From Octopus vulgaris (taxonomy: Eukaryota), in contig OX597822.1 in assembly GCA_951406725.2 (NCBI GenBank), positions 53,878,001 to 53,942,000 on the forward strand: DNA of 64,000 bases. Direction: 5' to 3'. Both the position numbers and the translations under genes were made by a program. The notes under the pieces are model-generated. The model had not been told where the DNA came from. It saw only the letters and a program-made list of their open reading frames with translations, and made no database searches. Below, one piece after another: positions 51,531 to 64,000 of the stretch. Positions within the stretch are counted from its first letter, which is position 1. Each line of letters opens with the position of its first letter.

Positions 51531-52599
51531 TCATCATGTGGGAGGGGTGTACCATTATTACTAATTCCCTACAACAGAGAACCCCCACACAAACTGATTT
51601 GCTGATTCTTTCAGTTCACAAGTATGCTTTTCTGGGCATCATTTTCTTTGACCACATTTTTGCATTTATGGCTAAAAATAATGATGTTTCTGCCAATATG
51701 TTTGCCGGGTCTACATACCACCACCACATCGCTGGAACTGTGAAGTGCACAGTTCTCTACAAGGATCTTTGTATTTTTTTTTTCATAAGCTAGAGGACAG
51801 CTACTGCCATTAAGTACACAACACATTCCTTGGATAATGGAACAGTACCTCTAATAATTCTAGGAAAATAAAATAATTGTGTGTCGCCTTGTCGTAAATC
51901 TTTGTGTTACCACGTGTAACAACAACGATTGAAAACACACCACTCTACCTCGTAAGGATAATTGTAAGTACACCCCAACTGGCCTCCGTGCTGGTGGCAC
52001 GTAAAATGCACCATCCAATTGTGGCCGTTGCCAGCCTCGTCTGGCCCCCGTGCCGGTGGCACTTAAAAAGCACCATCCGATTGTGGCTGTTTGCCAGCCT
52101 CGTCTGGCACCTGTGCAGGTGGCACGTAAAAAGCACCCACTACACTCACGGAATGGTTGGCATTAGGAAGGGCATCCACTGCTAGATCAGGCTGGGCCTG
52201 GCGCAGCCTTCTGGCTTCCCAGAACCCAGTTGAACCGTCCAACCCATGCTAGCATGGAAAACGGACGTTAAATGATGATGATGATGATCCCGAATTCTAA
52301 AAAAACCATACACACAGTTTTACATATCAGCATGCACCACACATGAATATATACACAAAGCGAATTTAAATCATATTTTCTTTTTTTTCGCTGAGGCATT
52401 GCAGTGAGTATCATGCGCATATTATAAACACACCAACCATTGACTCCTTACATCTCTCGATTGTACATAAGCACAAAGCTGTGTAACTGCCTGCTTCTGG
52501 GAATATAGTCAAATGAAATTACTCTTGTTAAACGGTACTTTTGGGTTTAAACTATTGGGGCTGTTGCATGAAGCTCTTCTCTTATGTTTGTTTACTTAC

Positions 52600-52680
52600 C
52601 CAGTGAGCAGTCCAGACTCCAGTGATGACAGCAGGACCAAACGCTCGACAAGGGTTCATTGCTCCACCAGTTATATTGAT
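52600..52680 (-). CDS. Aquaporin, penultimate exon (INITGGAMNPCRAFGPAVITGVWTAHW)
   Basis: TTTCAG acceptor, GTAAGT donor, 81 nt, phase 0/0. It matches the loop E exon of classical aquaporins (AQP4: INYTGASMNPARSFGPAV). I did not find upstream exons in this window. Confidence 0.92.
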
Positions 52681-55228
52681 CTGAAATGGAGGAATTAATG
52701 TTTTAATCATACAAATTTGAAACAGTAGCAAAAAATATATTTGAGCTGGGACATATGCAAGTGTCTCAGATGTATAGAGAAAGAAATTAATGCTGTGACA
52801 ATTATACCTTTACAAAAAAAAAAAAGCATTAGAAATATAAGTAACGATGATGATGATGGTAGTGGTTATCATGGTGGTGGTGGTGATGATGATGATAGTG
52901 ATGATGATAATGATGGTGATGATGATGATGGTTATGATGCTGCTGCTGCTGATGTTGATCACTACCTCTCCAAGATCATGCAGGTGAACTAGACCAAAGT
53001 GTGTTACATCATTTATATGGTAACTGTCACATTTGTATGTTATAAGTGTGATGTTTATAAGTCTCTACATATTGATATTTGGTGAGTCCAACTGAAACAG
53101 ACAGTATTAACTTAAAATAACCATGAGTCTATTATACTAAATGTATGTATTTTTAGCAAAACATGTCTAAAAAGAGATTTTCTCTCAGATAATTCCACAG
53201 CAGCATGCCTTCCTGCTGTGTGTATGCCTTTAGTATGTTACACAGACAGCAATTTTAATATAATAATGTTTGAATTGCTTGCACTAAATTTTTCACAACC
53301 TGGCAAGCATTCTGCAATATCAGTGAATGTATTATTCACTGATTTCTATATCGAGGCATGAATTTCATTCAAGCATATGACAAATGGGTACACATTGCTG
53401 ACAAGACCCAAGAAGGGGTCTAACACTCTCAAGAGTCACTGTTGCGATGAGGTTCCCTTTGCTTTGATATAAATTGTGATTTTAACACAACAATTCTATG
53501 AAAGGATTTTGTGTGAGACAATTCCATAGCATTATGTCTTTTAAAAATATGTATACATTTTGTATGATACACGGATGTTTTTTCCCGTGCCAGAGAGGCA
53601 ACGCTGGTAATGATCACGCTTGAATGGTGCTTTTTACGTGCCACCGGCACGGAAGCCAGTCAACTGCTCTAGCAATGATCACGCTCGGATGGTGCTCTTA
53701 GCGCTCCACTAGCATGGATGCCAGTCATTGAATTTGATTTCGATTTAAGAAAATTGGGTTTATTTTTTGGTGGAGTTTACTTAAAAACACTCTTCATCTA
53801 ATGGAATGATGACTGAGTGAAGAAACCTCTATACAAACATATGGTCTGCTAAAAATAACGACCAAATCTTACTAAACTCATAACTTATATATAAAAAAAT
53901 GCAAGTCCATGTTTGATAATGTGATCTTAGATAGACAATGACTGAAGCAAAACAAACAAAAAAACAAAAGACAAGATAGTTAGTGTGGGAATGCTTTTGA
54001 TCATAGATTTGTTGATGAATTCTGACCTAGGGTTAAACAGGAACATTGACAGTAACAACAGCAAAAACACGACATAAATAACAACAACAACAACAACAAC
54101 AGCACCACCACAATGATGACCACCACTACCCCCACCACCACCAGGCGAAATGCTTTCATTTCACGAAATTACTTAATCAAATTATCTGAATTATTAATTA
54201 AATATATTTAAGTGTAGCGCCCATAATTTTTTTCTTTTTTAGTAACTTGTAAAGCTGCCAATGATATTTAGAAATAATTAGTCATATTGACTTCTAGCAT
54301 TGGCAAAATCCGACAAATTTTGGAGACAGGTATCCTCCTCCTCCTCCTCACCACCACCACCACCACCATTTTAACATACACTTTTCCATGCTTGCATGGG
54401 TTGGTCAGAATTTATTGAGGCAGATTTGTTATGGTTGGACACCCTTCCTGTCACTAACCCTCACTTGTTTTCTAAACAAAGTAACTCCCTATGGTCAAAC
54501 TTTTTTTTTATTAATGGAAGGTTGGAAATGAATGATATCATGCGTATGATATCAAGACACGGGACAAATACACACACACACACTTCCTACATCCTCTTCT
54601 ACACATTCCCCCCACACACTCCCATATACGTGTGTGTATGTTTGTTTGTGTATGTGTGTGAGTGTGTGTGTATATTTACATAGCAACAACAACAACAACA
54701 TTAATGGAAATTGTAGCTGTGATACCAGTGCCGGTGGCACGTAAGCGAACCATCCAAATGTGGCCATTGCCAGCGCCGCCCCGACGGGCCGCCATGCCAG
54801 TGGCATGTAAAAAGCACCCTCCGATCGTGGCCATTGCCAGCCTTGCCTGGCCCCTGTGCCGGTGGCACATAAAAAGCACCATCCGACCGTGGCCGTTTGC
54901 CAGCCCCGTCTGGCACCTGTGCCAGTGGCATGTAAAAAGCACTCACTACACTCACGGAGTGGTTGGCGTTATGAAGGCCATCCAACCGTAGAAACATTGC
55001 CAGATCAGACTGGGCCTGGTGCAGCCTTCCCAGACCCCAGTTGAACCGTCCAACCCATGCTAGTTGGAAAGTGGACGCTTTAGTTGAGTAATTAACACTA
55101 GGACTTATTCTTTGCAAGCCTAGTACTTATTCTATCGGTCTCTTTTGCTGAACCGCTAAGTTACAGGGATGTAAACACACCAGCATCGGTTGTCAAGTGA
55201 TGTTGGGGGGACAAATACAGACACACAA

Positions 55229-55265
<37 letters not shown>

Positions 55266-55425
55266 CATATATACGACGGACTTCTTTCAGTTTCCGTCTA
55301 CCAAATCCACTCACAAGGCTTTGCTCGGTAGAAGACACTTGCCCGAGGTGCCACGCAGTGGGATTGAACTCTGAACCATGTGGTTTGTAAGCAAGCTACT
55401 TACCACACAGCCACTCCTACGCCTA

Positions 55426-56865
55426 AATCTTAGACTCATTGAAATATCTGCCCTTGGCCTTCATCACTGCCAAGCATACTCTTGTCATTCTTTTGACCAA
55501 CGAAAGCAAACATTCGTTGGTAACATTTTGCCACTCTTGTAAGAATTTCCAGAGGGTTTCTACACTTTTTGGCTGTCATTTTTTAACTCTGTGATCCAAT
55601 TCATCCCACACAATTCCAATGGGATTACAACTGGGAGATTGGGCTTGCGATTCAATTACACTCACTTTTTTTTCATCCATTTTCTTCTGTGAATAGCTTT
55701 TGCATAGTTTAGAAGTATGTTTAGGATCATTGTCTTGTATCAGCACAAAATTATCACCAATCAGTCTCGTCCCAGATAGAAAGGCTTGATGCTGGTGGAT
55801 AGAGTGATACCCGTTTTGGTTCAATATTCCTGTTACCCGATGAATATCCCCAACACTATTGCCTGCAAAGCACCTCCAGATCATCACATTTCTCCTACCA
55901 CGCTTTACAGTTGGAACTATACACTCAGGAGTCATCTGTTCACCAATTCTTTGCCTCAGATAAATTCTATGCCAGGATCCAAAGATTTCAAACTTTGATT
56001 CATCAGTCCAAAGGACTCGTTTCCATTGATCAATGGTCCAGGTTTGGTGTTTTCTGGCCCATTTGAGTTTCTTACGCTTATTCATTGGTTGAAGCAGTGG
56101 TTTTCTGGCAGTGCCATGGCCATTTAGACTGGCAGCAATGAGTCTTCTCCCCACAGTTGTAGGAGACATATTGGCTTCACTGACTTCACTTACTTGTGCA
56201 GCGATTTCATTTAGTGTCAGGTGCCTGTTTCAAAGGCTGGTGACTCTGATGAACTTATCCTGAGATTTAGAAGTCACTTTTGGACAACTTGAATAAGCTC
56301 TGTTGTTATTTTTTCTTGTTTCATTATACCTTTCAATGGCAGAGTGGATGGCAATGAAAGAAACTTTAACTTTTTTGGCTATTTCTCAAAAACTATAGCC
56401 TTCGCCACATAATGTGATAATGCTTTGTCTCTTTTCAGGTGATAAATTATTGGCTTTGCTCACATTTAGGTTGATTTTTAGGAATTTCACTAACTTTACT
56501 TATTTTTAATAATTGAACCTGAAAGAAGCAATAACACATTTAACACAGTCATTAGGTGATGTTATCTCAACTGACAGCACATAACGATTGTAAATTAATC
56601 AAAATGTATTGCAATGTTGCCAGAAAGTGGATGCTAAAATGATTTTGACAACATTCTCATATAGACTTGCTGTCAAGAAATATGATTATTTGCTTATAAA
56701 ATATGTATAAATAGTGTTATTCCGTATTGAATAAACCCCAAACTTTATGCAATATGTTATTCCATTTTTTTATACTAAAAATTTATCTAAATCAATGACA
56801 TTGAACTAAAAATTCCACTTTGAAATAAACTTTAGTAGGTGATTTAAAACTTTTGGATAGTAGTG
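55426..56865 (-). mobile_element. Tc1-family DNA transposon, defective transposase
   Basis: N-terminal LSPEKRQSIITL..EG, ARKPLL, WTDESKF and QDNDPKH; the third catalytic motif is degraded to SPSCNPIG. A CACTACTATCCAAAAGTTTT terminus lies near 56865. Confidence 0.88.
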
Positions 56866-56874
56866 TGTATGTAC

Positions 56875-56916
<42 letters not shown>

Positions 56917-59112
56917 CTCGACTCTCTCGTCGCTGACACATGACGAAAGAGAATCTATCTTTCTGCCCACTATCTTCCTAAAGATAAAACGTGCTTATAC
57001 TGTCTCCTTCATAAGCTCGTCTTCCAAGCGTTCATAATAATTTTTCTATCGTCTTGGCTTAACAGTCCTCACCGTTTGTTTTTCCTGTTTTGTTCTCACT
57101 GTCCTGTTCTTGTTACCACTTTCACTCTCTGCAAAAAATCCCAAATCTTATTTAATTTGCTTCGTGGGAAGGACTGTTTCAACAAAGTTGCGTATTGTCC
57201 TTGCCTTTGAAACGCAGATTAGATGAAACAGGGACAATGGAAGAAGGGGAATATTCTTTATGTCGCATATCTTGTTTCTCTGTTTTTTTTGTTGTTCGAA
57301 AAAAAGTTCGTTTCTATGTTTTTGTTTTTATGTTTTCGTTAATCTTTGTGTTCTGTACCCATATATGCATGTATATATGCATATATATGTATGTGTGTGT
57401 ATATATGTATGTATATATACATATATTTATATATTATTTATATTATTATGTGATCAAATGCCACGCATCCTTTTCCAAGTAAGTTTTATATATATACATA
57501 CACACACACATATGTGCACACACACACATGTGCACACACACACACACAGACATGTACATGAGACAGAAATTGAATACATGAGGATGAGGTGAGAAACAAA
57601 CAAAGTATATTAGGTCTAAGCTAAGGAAAATTAGAAGTCTTTTATATTTTGAGTGTATGATCTTCCACAGAAAGAATAGATGAGGAGACAAAAAAATGGA
57701 GAGAGAAGAGCAAATGTATCTCAATTAAATGGTCACTGCATACTGAGGTTTCTTTCATTATCTGTTAACCTAATCCATTCACAAGGCTTTGGTTGACTCA
57801 GGACTATACTTGTTCAAGGTGCCACAAAATGGGACTGAACCTAAAACCACTTGGTTGAGAAACAAACATCTGAATTACACAACTACAACTGCATTCATAG
57901 TTAAACTGACCCTTGTTTACTTCAATAGAACTTTATTTCACCAGCTTTGGAAGAATGGACGACAAAGCTGAGCACAGCAAGATTTGAACTCACAACCTAA
58001 AGACATGAAACTAAATACCATAATGCATTTTATCTAATCAGTACAATTAGACCACCATTTGTGATTCTGACAATCCATTGTGATATAAACTTTGATTAAC
58101 TATTGCCAACAATTTGCAAATGGAGCGTCAATCTTTGGCAAAGGTTTGGTTTTTCCTTCCTGTCTGGAAACAAATGTTATAATTTACTTGTGGACTCAAT
58201 CAATTAGACCTATAAAGTAAGATGTGGTAAGAGATGTACTGATTACTTGACACTTCACTGATTGGTTATCTCCACCATAGCAGCTCAGAACATGATTGTT
58301 AACGTGTCTTATTCAATATGACTTTCACACTTAGTAACATAAAATATATGTTTAATTAACAGAACTGATTGGAATTGCTGGAATGTAACCAGCTTAAAGA
58401 GCAAATAAAAAATGAGATGTGACTTGTCAAATGACAAGAAGTACGTTAAGGTGTGAACAGTTTATGAACAATACTATTTGAAATTTTTTTTTACTGACAT
58501 ACAATACAGGCATGGCTGTGTAGTTAATAACAAGCTTGCTTCCCAACCCTGTGGTCTCAGGTTCAGTTCCGTTGCACAGCACCTGGGGTACATGTCTTAT
58601 ACTATAAACCTTAGACCAAATAAATTCTATTAAAATGGTGATGACAATGATGATAGTGATGATATGTACATACATACATATTTACATACACATACACACA
58701 TATATATTTACTCATATGCACACATGCACAAACATGCATGCATGTATGTATATATATACATATACACACATACATACATATAAACATGCATATTTACATG
58801 CACACATAAACATATATATCTTTACTCATATGCAGACATGCACAAACATGCATGCATGTATATATATATATACATATACACACACATATATATATATTTA
58901 CATACATACATACATATGTACGTACATACATACATACAACAAACATACATATTCTTTCATTCTTTTACCTGTTTCAGTCATTTGACTGCAGCCATGCAGG
59001 GGCACTGCCTTTAGTTGAGCAAATCAACCCCAGGACTTATTCTTTGTAAGCCTAGTACTTATTTCTGAACCACTAAGTTATGGTGACATAAACACACTAG
59101 CATCAGTTGCGT

Positions 59113-59156
<44 letters not shown>

Positions 59157-59391
59157 CTGGCTTCTTTCAGTTTCCATCTACCAAATCTAGTCATAAAGCT
59201 TTGGTCGGCCTGAGTCTACAGTAGAAGACACCTGCCCAAGGTGCTATGCAGCGGGAATGAACCTGGAACCATGTGGCTGGTAAGAAAGTTACTTACCACA
59301 CAGCCACTCCTGCACCTATATATATACTTTATTTAAAAGCAGCAGAAATTTAACAAAAGCTGTTACTCGGAGTTTTATATATATATATATA

Positions 59392-59774
59392 TTTCATTTC
59401 ATTTCATTTCATTTGAGTTTGAGTCCATGCTCAGGCCAAGTCGAAGACTCCACCCTCAGAGTCTGGTGTGGTTGCCAGGTTGTATTCTCTGTTTAATTTT
59501 GACATGTGTAGGAGCGAGTTTGAGTCAGTTTGTGCTCATTGTGTATATCCTGGGAGATGGGGTTCATCTCTAATGGTGCTTAAGTATCTATCCAGCTGCA
59601 ATTTGAATGATTCCACACTGCATCCTGATAGATTTCTGACATGTACCGGAATGGAGTTGAATAGTTGTGCTCCTCGAACCAACAGACTTGACTCTCGCAG
59701 GGTTTTTGCTGCCTGGCCAGCCTTTTTGTTGATTGGTGGTAGCTGGCAGCGTCTTCCGTGGCGCAGTGAGTGGT
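59392..59774 (-). mobile_element. CR1/L2-group LINE 3' end with (GAAAT)n tail
   Basis: RGAQLFNSIP..VRNL....VESFKLQLDRYL..I.DEP C-terminus followed by a short UTR and a pentanucleotide tail. Confidence 0.7.
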
Positions 59775-60139
59775 AGGTTTTGATATATATATTTACATAC
59801 ACACATACATACACATTCCTATTTACATTTCTCCTTGTTAATGTACTTTTCTTTAATGGATTAATATTGTTTCTCACTATTTTGTAGTTTAATTGGAGAA
59901 TATTCTCGAAGATAGCTAAAAACATTATCACTTTAATTGACCGAACCTGATACCTCATTATTTCTGTATAACCTACTTTTCCGTGTGTGCTTCTCATTTC
60001 TTTCTCAAGTAATTTTATACACTCATACAGTACATACACCCACACCTATGAAGATATATAGCAACTTATCTATTTACCTATCAACCTAGTCACTCATCAA
60101 TCTGTCTGTCTGTCTGTCTGTCTGTCCATTCACCCATTC

Positions 60140-60183
<44 letters not shown>

Positions 60184-61076
60184 CAGACTTGTTTGGAGAC
60201 GTCTTGGTCGACAACACACAAACGTGTGCCGTGCCAGGCCGGAGCATCCATGACAACCTCCATCTGATGCGCTACATCATAGATAGAGTAGTTAAGGAAC
60301 CTGGCATGGGTGGGTCCCTGATCAACTTTGATCAATCGAAAGCCTTCGATAGGGTAGACCATCGATACATGGAGGCAGTCCCGAGAGCGGCTGGTTTCGG
60401 TCCCGTCTTTCGCGGCTGGATAGCTGCCTTGTACAGAGGCATCCGTTCGGTAATTCGTGTAAATGGACATCTATCGAGACCTCTCGACATTGCACGTTCG
60501 GTCCGTCAGGGATGCCCCCTTTCGGCGCTTCTATACGTATAGACTCTCGAGCCACTACTGCGGAAGCTGGCGACTCTGAGGGGCATCCCGCAAGAATTGG
60601 GATGCGGGACGAGCATGTCTGCATACGCGGACGACGTCACCGTCATAGTGTCAAGCCACGTGCCTATCAAGCTGGTCGGCGAGACACTGAAAGACTACGA
60701 AGCAGTGACAGGAGCAAAAATCAACCGGGAAAAGTCAGTGGGCTTGTGGCTCGGCACCTGGAGAAGCAAGCCCATGCCGTCCACCAGTACCTCTGTCGTG
60801 GGACGCTGGACAGACAGCCCGGTTGAGTTGCTCGGGGTCTGGTTCGGTCTGGACCTCCAAATGGAGAAGAACTGGAATGAGATAACGAGTAGGGTGGTCA
60901 CTCTCGCCCGGCAATGGGCCGAGAGGAAACTGTCCCTAAAAGGTTGGGCGGAGGTGGCGAACACGTACATCGCATCCATCATCTACTACCGCCTGACCGT
61001 CGTACCTTGTCCCGACCCTACCATAACCAAACTAGAACGCATTCTCTTCCGCTTCTTGTGGAAAGGATGCGTCCCC
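60184..61076 (+). mobile_element. L1/Tx1-clade LINE reverse-transcriptase fragment
   Basis: RSIHDNL, DQSKAFDRVDH, VRQGCPLS, in-frame TAG, AYADDV and GAKINREKS. GC-rich and adjacent to (TCTA)n. Confidence 0.9.
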
Positions 61077-61459
61077 AACACATTCCCCAACACATTCCAA
61101 CCTCTGATTCACAAACATGATGTCACCTTTCCTTTCATCTTTTTTACATGACTACTTTGTGTCTGCTCCTCAGAGCTGGCTGGTCTAATGTTACTCTAAT
61201 TCAGAGAAACCTAACTTATTTATTTCTTATCCTTTTAGCAGCCATATTGTGTCTATTTTCAGGTCCTATGCTACCTACTTTATCCAGTTTGTCCTCCTCA
61301 AAATGTCGGCTCTCTAGAAATCCCTTCCCTGACCATTTTTTATTGTAATCAAGAGGAATACAAAATGTGTCAATATCATGGGCTTTGGAAGACCTACAGG
61401 GGCGACAAGCATTACTTCTCTTCCAGATCAGAACAGCAATATAATAAGAGCAACCAAGA

Positions 61460-61680
61460 TAGGAGTGGAGTCAAGGTTGGAGTGGAGTCAAGGCTGGCAT
61501 AGAGACAAGGCTGGAATAGAGTCAAGGTTGCAGTGGAGTCAAGGCTGGAGTGGAGTCAAGATTGAACTGGAGTCAAAGCTGAAGTGGAGTCGAGGCTGGA
61601 CTGGAATAATGGTAAGAGTGGAGTCAAGGCTAGAGTGAAGTCAAAGCAGCAGTAGAGTTGAGTTTGGAGTGGAGTCAATG
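61460..61680. repeat. Degenerate minisatellite of about 20 bp (GGAGTGGAGTCAAGGCT-like)
   Basis: About ten GAGTCAA-containing units. Confidence 0.8.
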
Positions 61681-62702
61681 ATAGGGGTAAGCTGACACTT
61701 GAGTAGAAGAAGGGAAAGTTCCCAGAAAATTTTGTGTCTGTCATTTTGTTTGTTATTTTTTATCATCATTTTAATATTTACTTTTTCCTGCTTTTATGGA
61801 TCAAAAATTATTTAAAAAATATTTTTGAGGTAGATTTTCTGTGGTGAAATGTTCTTTCTGTGGCCAAACTTTGCTTGTTTCTAAGCAATATTTCCCATGG
61901 CCAAAACAGTGGGCTGGCAGAATTGACAAAATGCCTAGCAGTATTTTGTCTGACTTTTCATTCTGAGTTCAAATGCTGTCAGGGTTGACTTTGCCTTTCA
62001 TCCTTTCAAGATTGATAAAATAAGCACAAGTTGAACACTGAGTTCAATGTAATTGACCTACTCCTTTCCTCCAAATTGCTGGCCTTGTGCCAAAATTTGA
62101 AACCAATATTTTCCATGACTGATGACTGGAAACAAATGATGTCACTTTTATGGTGATAGCTGTTTACAATTACTAAGCCATGTCAAGATAAAGAAACACA
62201 AACAAGTGTACACACACGACCCCCACTCCTCAGAATTTTGCCTCCCAGTCACATAGTTCTGAGTTCAGTCTTACTGTGTGACACCTTGGCCAGGTGTCTT
62301 CTGCTGTAGCCATGGGCCAACCAAAGCTTTGTAAGTGGATTTGAGAGACTGAAAGAAGCCTGCCATATATATGTATATACATTTGTGTATGTGTGTGTGT
62401 ATTATTGTCTCCTTGGTTTGTCATCGTGTGATAGTTGTAAATGAGCGTCACTGTCACGTAAGTGGCGTCCTTCATATCCAATCTTTCATGAGAAACATGC
62501 TTGCTTCAGAGAAATATTACATTACATGGAAACACGCAATGGTTAGTGACAGGAAGGGTGTCTGGCTGTAGAATATCCACCTCAACAAATTCTATGAACA
62601 TGGAAAAAGTGACTGTGAGATGATGATGATGATGATATGTATATATAAATATGTGTAGATGCATACATACATAAATATATAATATGTAATATATAATATG
62701 TA

Positions 62703-62738
<36 letters not shown>

Positions 62739-62761
62739 ATACACACATATATATATATATA

Positions 62762-63163
62762 TTTGAGTAGAAAAATGAAATATCTTTTTATGGATAATTC
62801 GTTTAACCGATACCTGGGTAGCAAATTCACATAAAAAATAACACGGTTGAAGTTACGTGCCTAGGGCAGAGACTACGTGTTTTCGTGTGGAAATTTGTGT
62901 GTATTTTTATAAAATTTATGAATAAATGAAAGAATGGAGTTGAACGACAAATTAACAAATTTCCTTTATTTTCGACATATGTTTCGAAGGCTGCATATTC
63001 CTAATTGTGAAGGAATAAGGAGTACATTATGCCGCTTTCTCATCAGGAAAAAGAAGGAATTTATGTCAACATCAAGATTCACAAAAAACTTTTAGATGAC
63101 GGCTTTCACGGACCGCATAGCAATAATTCAACTCCATTCTTTCATTTATTCATAAATTTTATA

Positions 63164-63169
<6 letters not shown>
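62762..63169 (-). mobile_element. Penelope-type mini-element with a 43-bp inverted end, between (TA)n tracts
   Basis: 62902-62944 is the reverse complement of 63127-63169, and a hammerhead lies between them. Confidence 0.75.
62961..63059 (-). ncRNA. Type I hammerhead ribozyme with palindromic stem III
   Basis: Minus strand TTTTC-CTGATGA-GAAAGCGGCATA...TATGCAGCCTTC-GAAAC-ATAT-GTC-GAAAA. The core is canonical and the site is GUC. Confidence 0.82.
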
Positions 63170-63235
<66 letters not shown>

Positions 63236-63320
63236 ATCCAAACATGAAAACACAAAGAGAAAACACAACAACGTGAGGACGTGGAACAAATATAGTATTG
63301 TTGGACACTCAGGAAGGAAG

Positions 63321-63355
63321 ATTTAACGTTTCGAGCGGAGCTCTTCGTCAGAAAC
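63321..63355 (-). ncRNA. Minimal hammerhead motif in a (TA)n-flanked element (63231-63427)
   Basis: Minus strand GTTT-CTGACGA-A-GAGCTCCGCTC-GAAA-CG-TT-AAAT, with palindromic AACGTT. Confidence 0.65.
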
Positions 63356-63905
63356 ATAGGAAAAGGAAAGATCCAGAGAAAGAAAGACGGAGGAAAAAAA
63401 TCGCCAACGGTACACACGCGGTCACAATATATATATATATTATGTTACTTGGAAACACGTAATTATATTATTATTATATTATTATTATAATATTATTATA
63501 TTATTGTATGTACATATGCATATATTTATATATTATTTATATTATTATATAAACCCGGAATCAGCCACATGGTTCCAGGTTCAGTCCCACTACATGAAAC
63601 CTTGGCCAAGTTTTGCCTACTATATCCTTGGGCTGACCAAAGCTTTGTGAGTGGATTTGGTAGAAACTGAAAGAAGCCCGTCTCTCTCACACACACACAT
63701 ATGTGTATGTGTCTTTGTATCTGTGTTTGTCCCTCACCACTGCTTGACAACTGGTGTAGTTCAGCAAAAGAGATTTACATGATAAGAACCAGGCTGAATA
63801 AAACAAAATTATTTGGGTCAATTCATTCTACTAAAGATTCTCCAAGGCAGTGCCCTAGCAGCCTATTGACTGAAACAAGTAGAAGATAAAAGTTGTATAT
63901 GTATA

Positions 63906-64000
63906 CCGTAAATCCTCGAGTATAGTTCGCCCTTGAGTATAATACGCAGGGGATTTTTAGGGGGCTGTACTTTTGAAAAACCTAAACCTTGTGTATAATA
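63906..64000. mobile_element. Start of a Tc/pogo-like DNA transposon
   Basis: TA followed by a CCGTA terminus with a repeated GAGTATA subterminal motif. It runs off the window. Confidence 0.5.

Noticed and set aside
56915-57360. (TA)n-flanked repeat-like segment with small hairpins
   Set aside because: No hammerhead core, TIR or ORF could be supported, and only one copy is present in the window.
59536-60045. 169-aa ORF as a host gene or an upstream aquaporin exon
   Set aside because: The C-terminal half is a LINE end and the N-terminal half is low-complexity read-through. No MIP motifs.

Overview
AT-rich, microsatellite- and transposon-dense eukaryotic DNA. The SINE families and genes look like octopus (coleoid cephalopod); this is my inference. 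Two host genes converge. One is a complete six-exon non-muscle myosin essential light chain gene (+, ATG at 1361 to TGA ending 22399, 147 aa). The other is the last two coding exons of an aquaporin (-, 52680-52600 and 47773-47576), whose second NPA box reads NPC. Most ORF-track entries are microsatellite or SINE artefacts. The remainder is decayed mobile DNA: CR1-, RTE-, Tx1-, R4/Dong- and HERO-type LINE fragments, a Gypsy/Mag remnant, a Tc1 transposase, a head-to-tail Helitron stack with Pif1 fragments, MITEs and three abundant SINE families. The most interesting signal is a set of at least five sequence-unrelated, non-coding elements carrying type I hammerhead ribozyme folds. Most have Penelope-style inverted ends and sit beside (TA)n-type microsatellites; several lie inside host introns. 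A 112-nt (TA)n-inserted element with a pseudoknot fold and a CpG-retaining, motif-dense inverted duplication also deserve follow-up. All folds were read by eye; none was computed.
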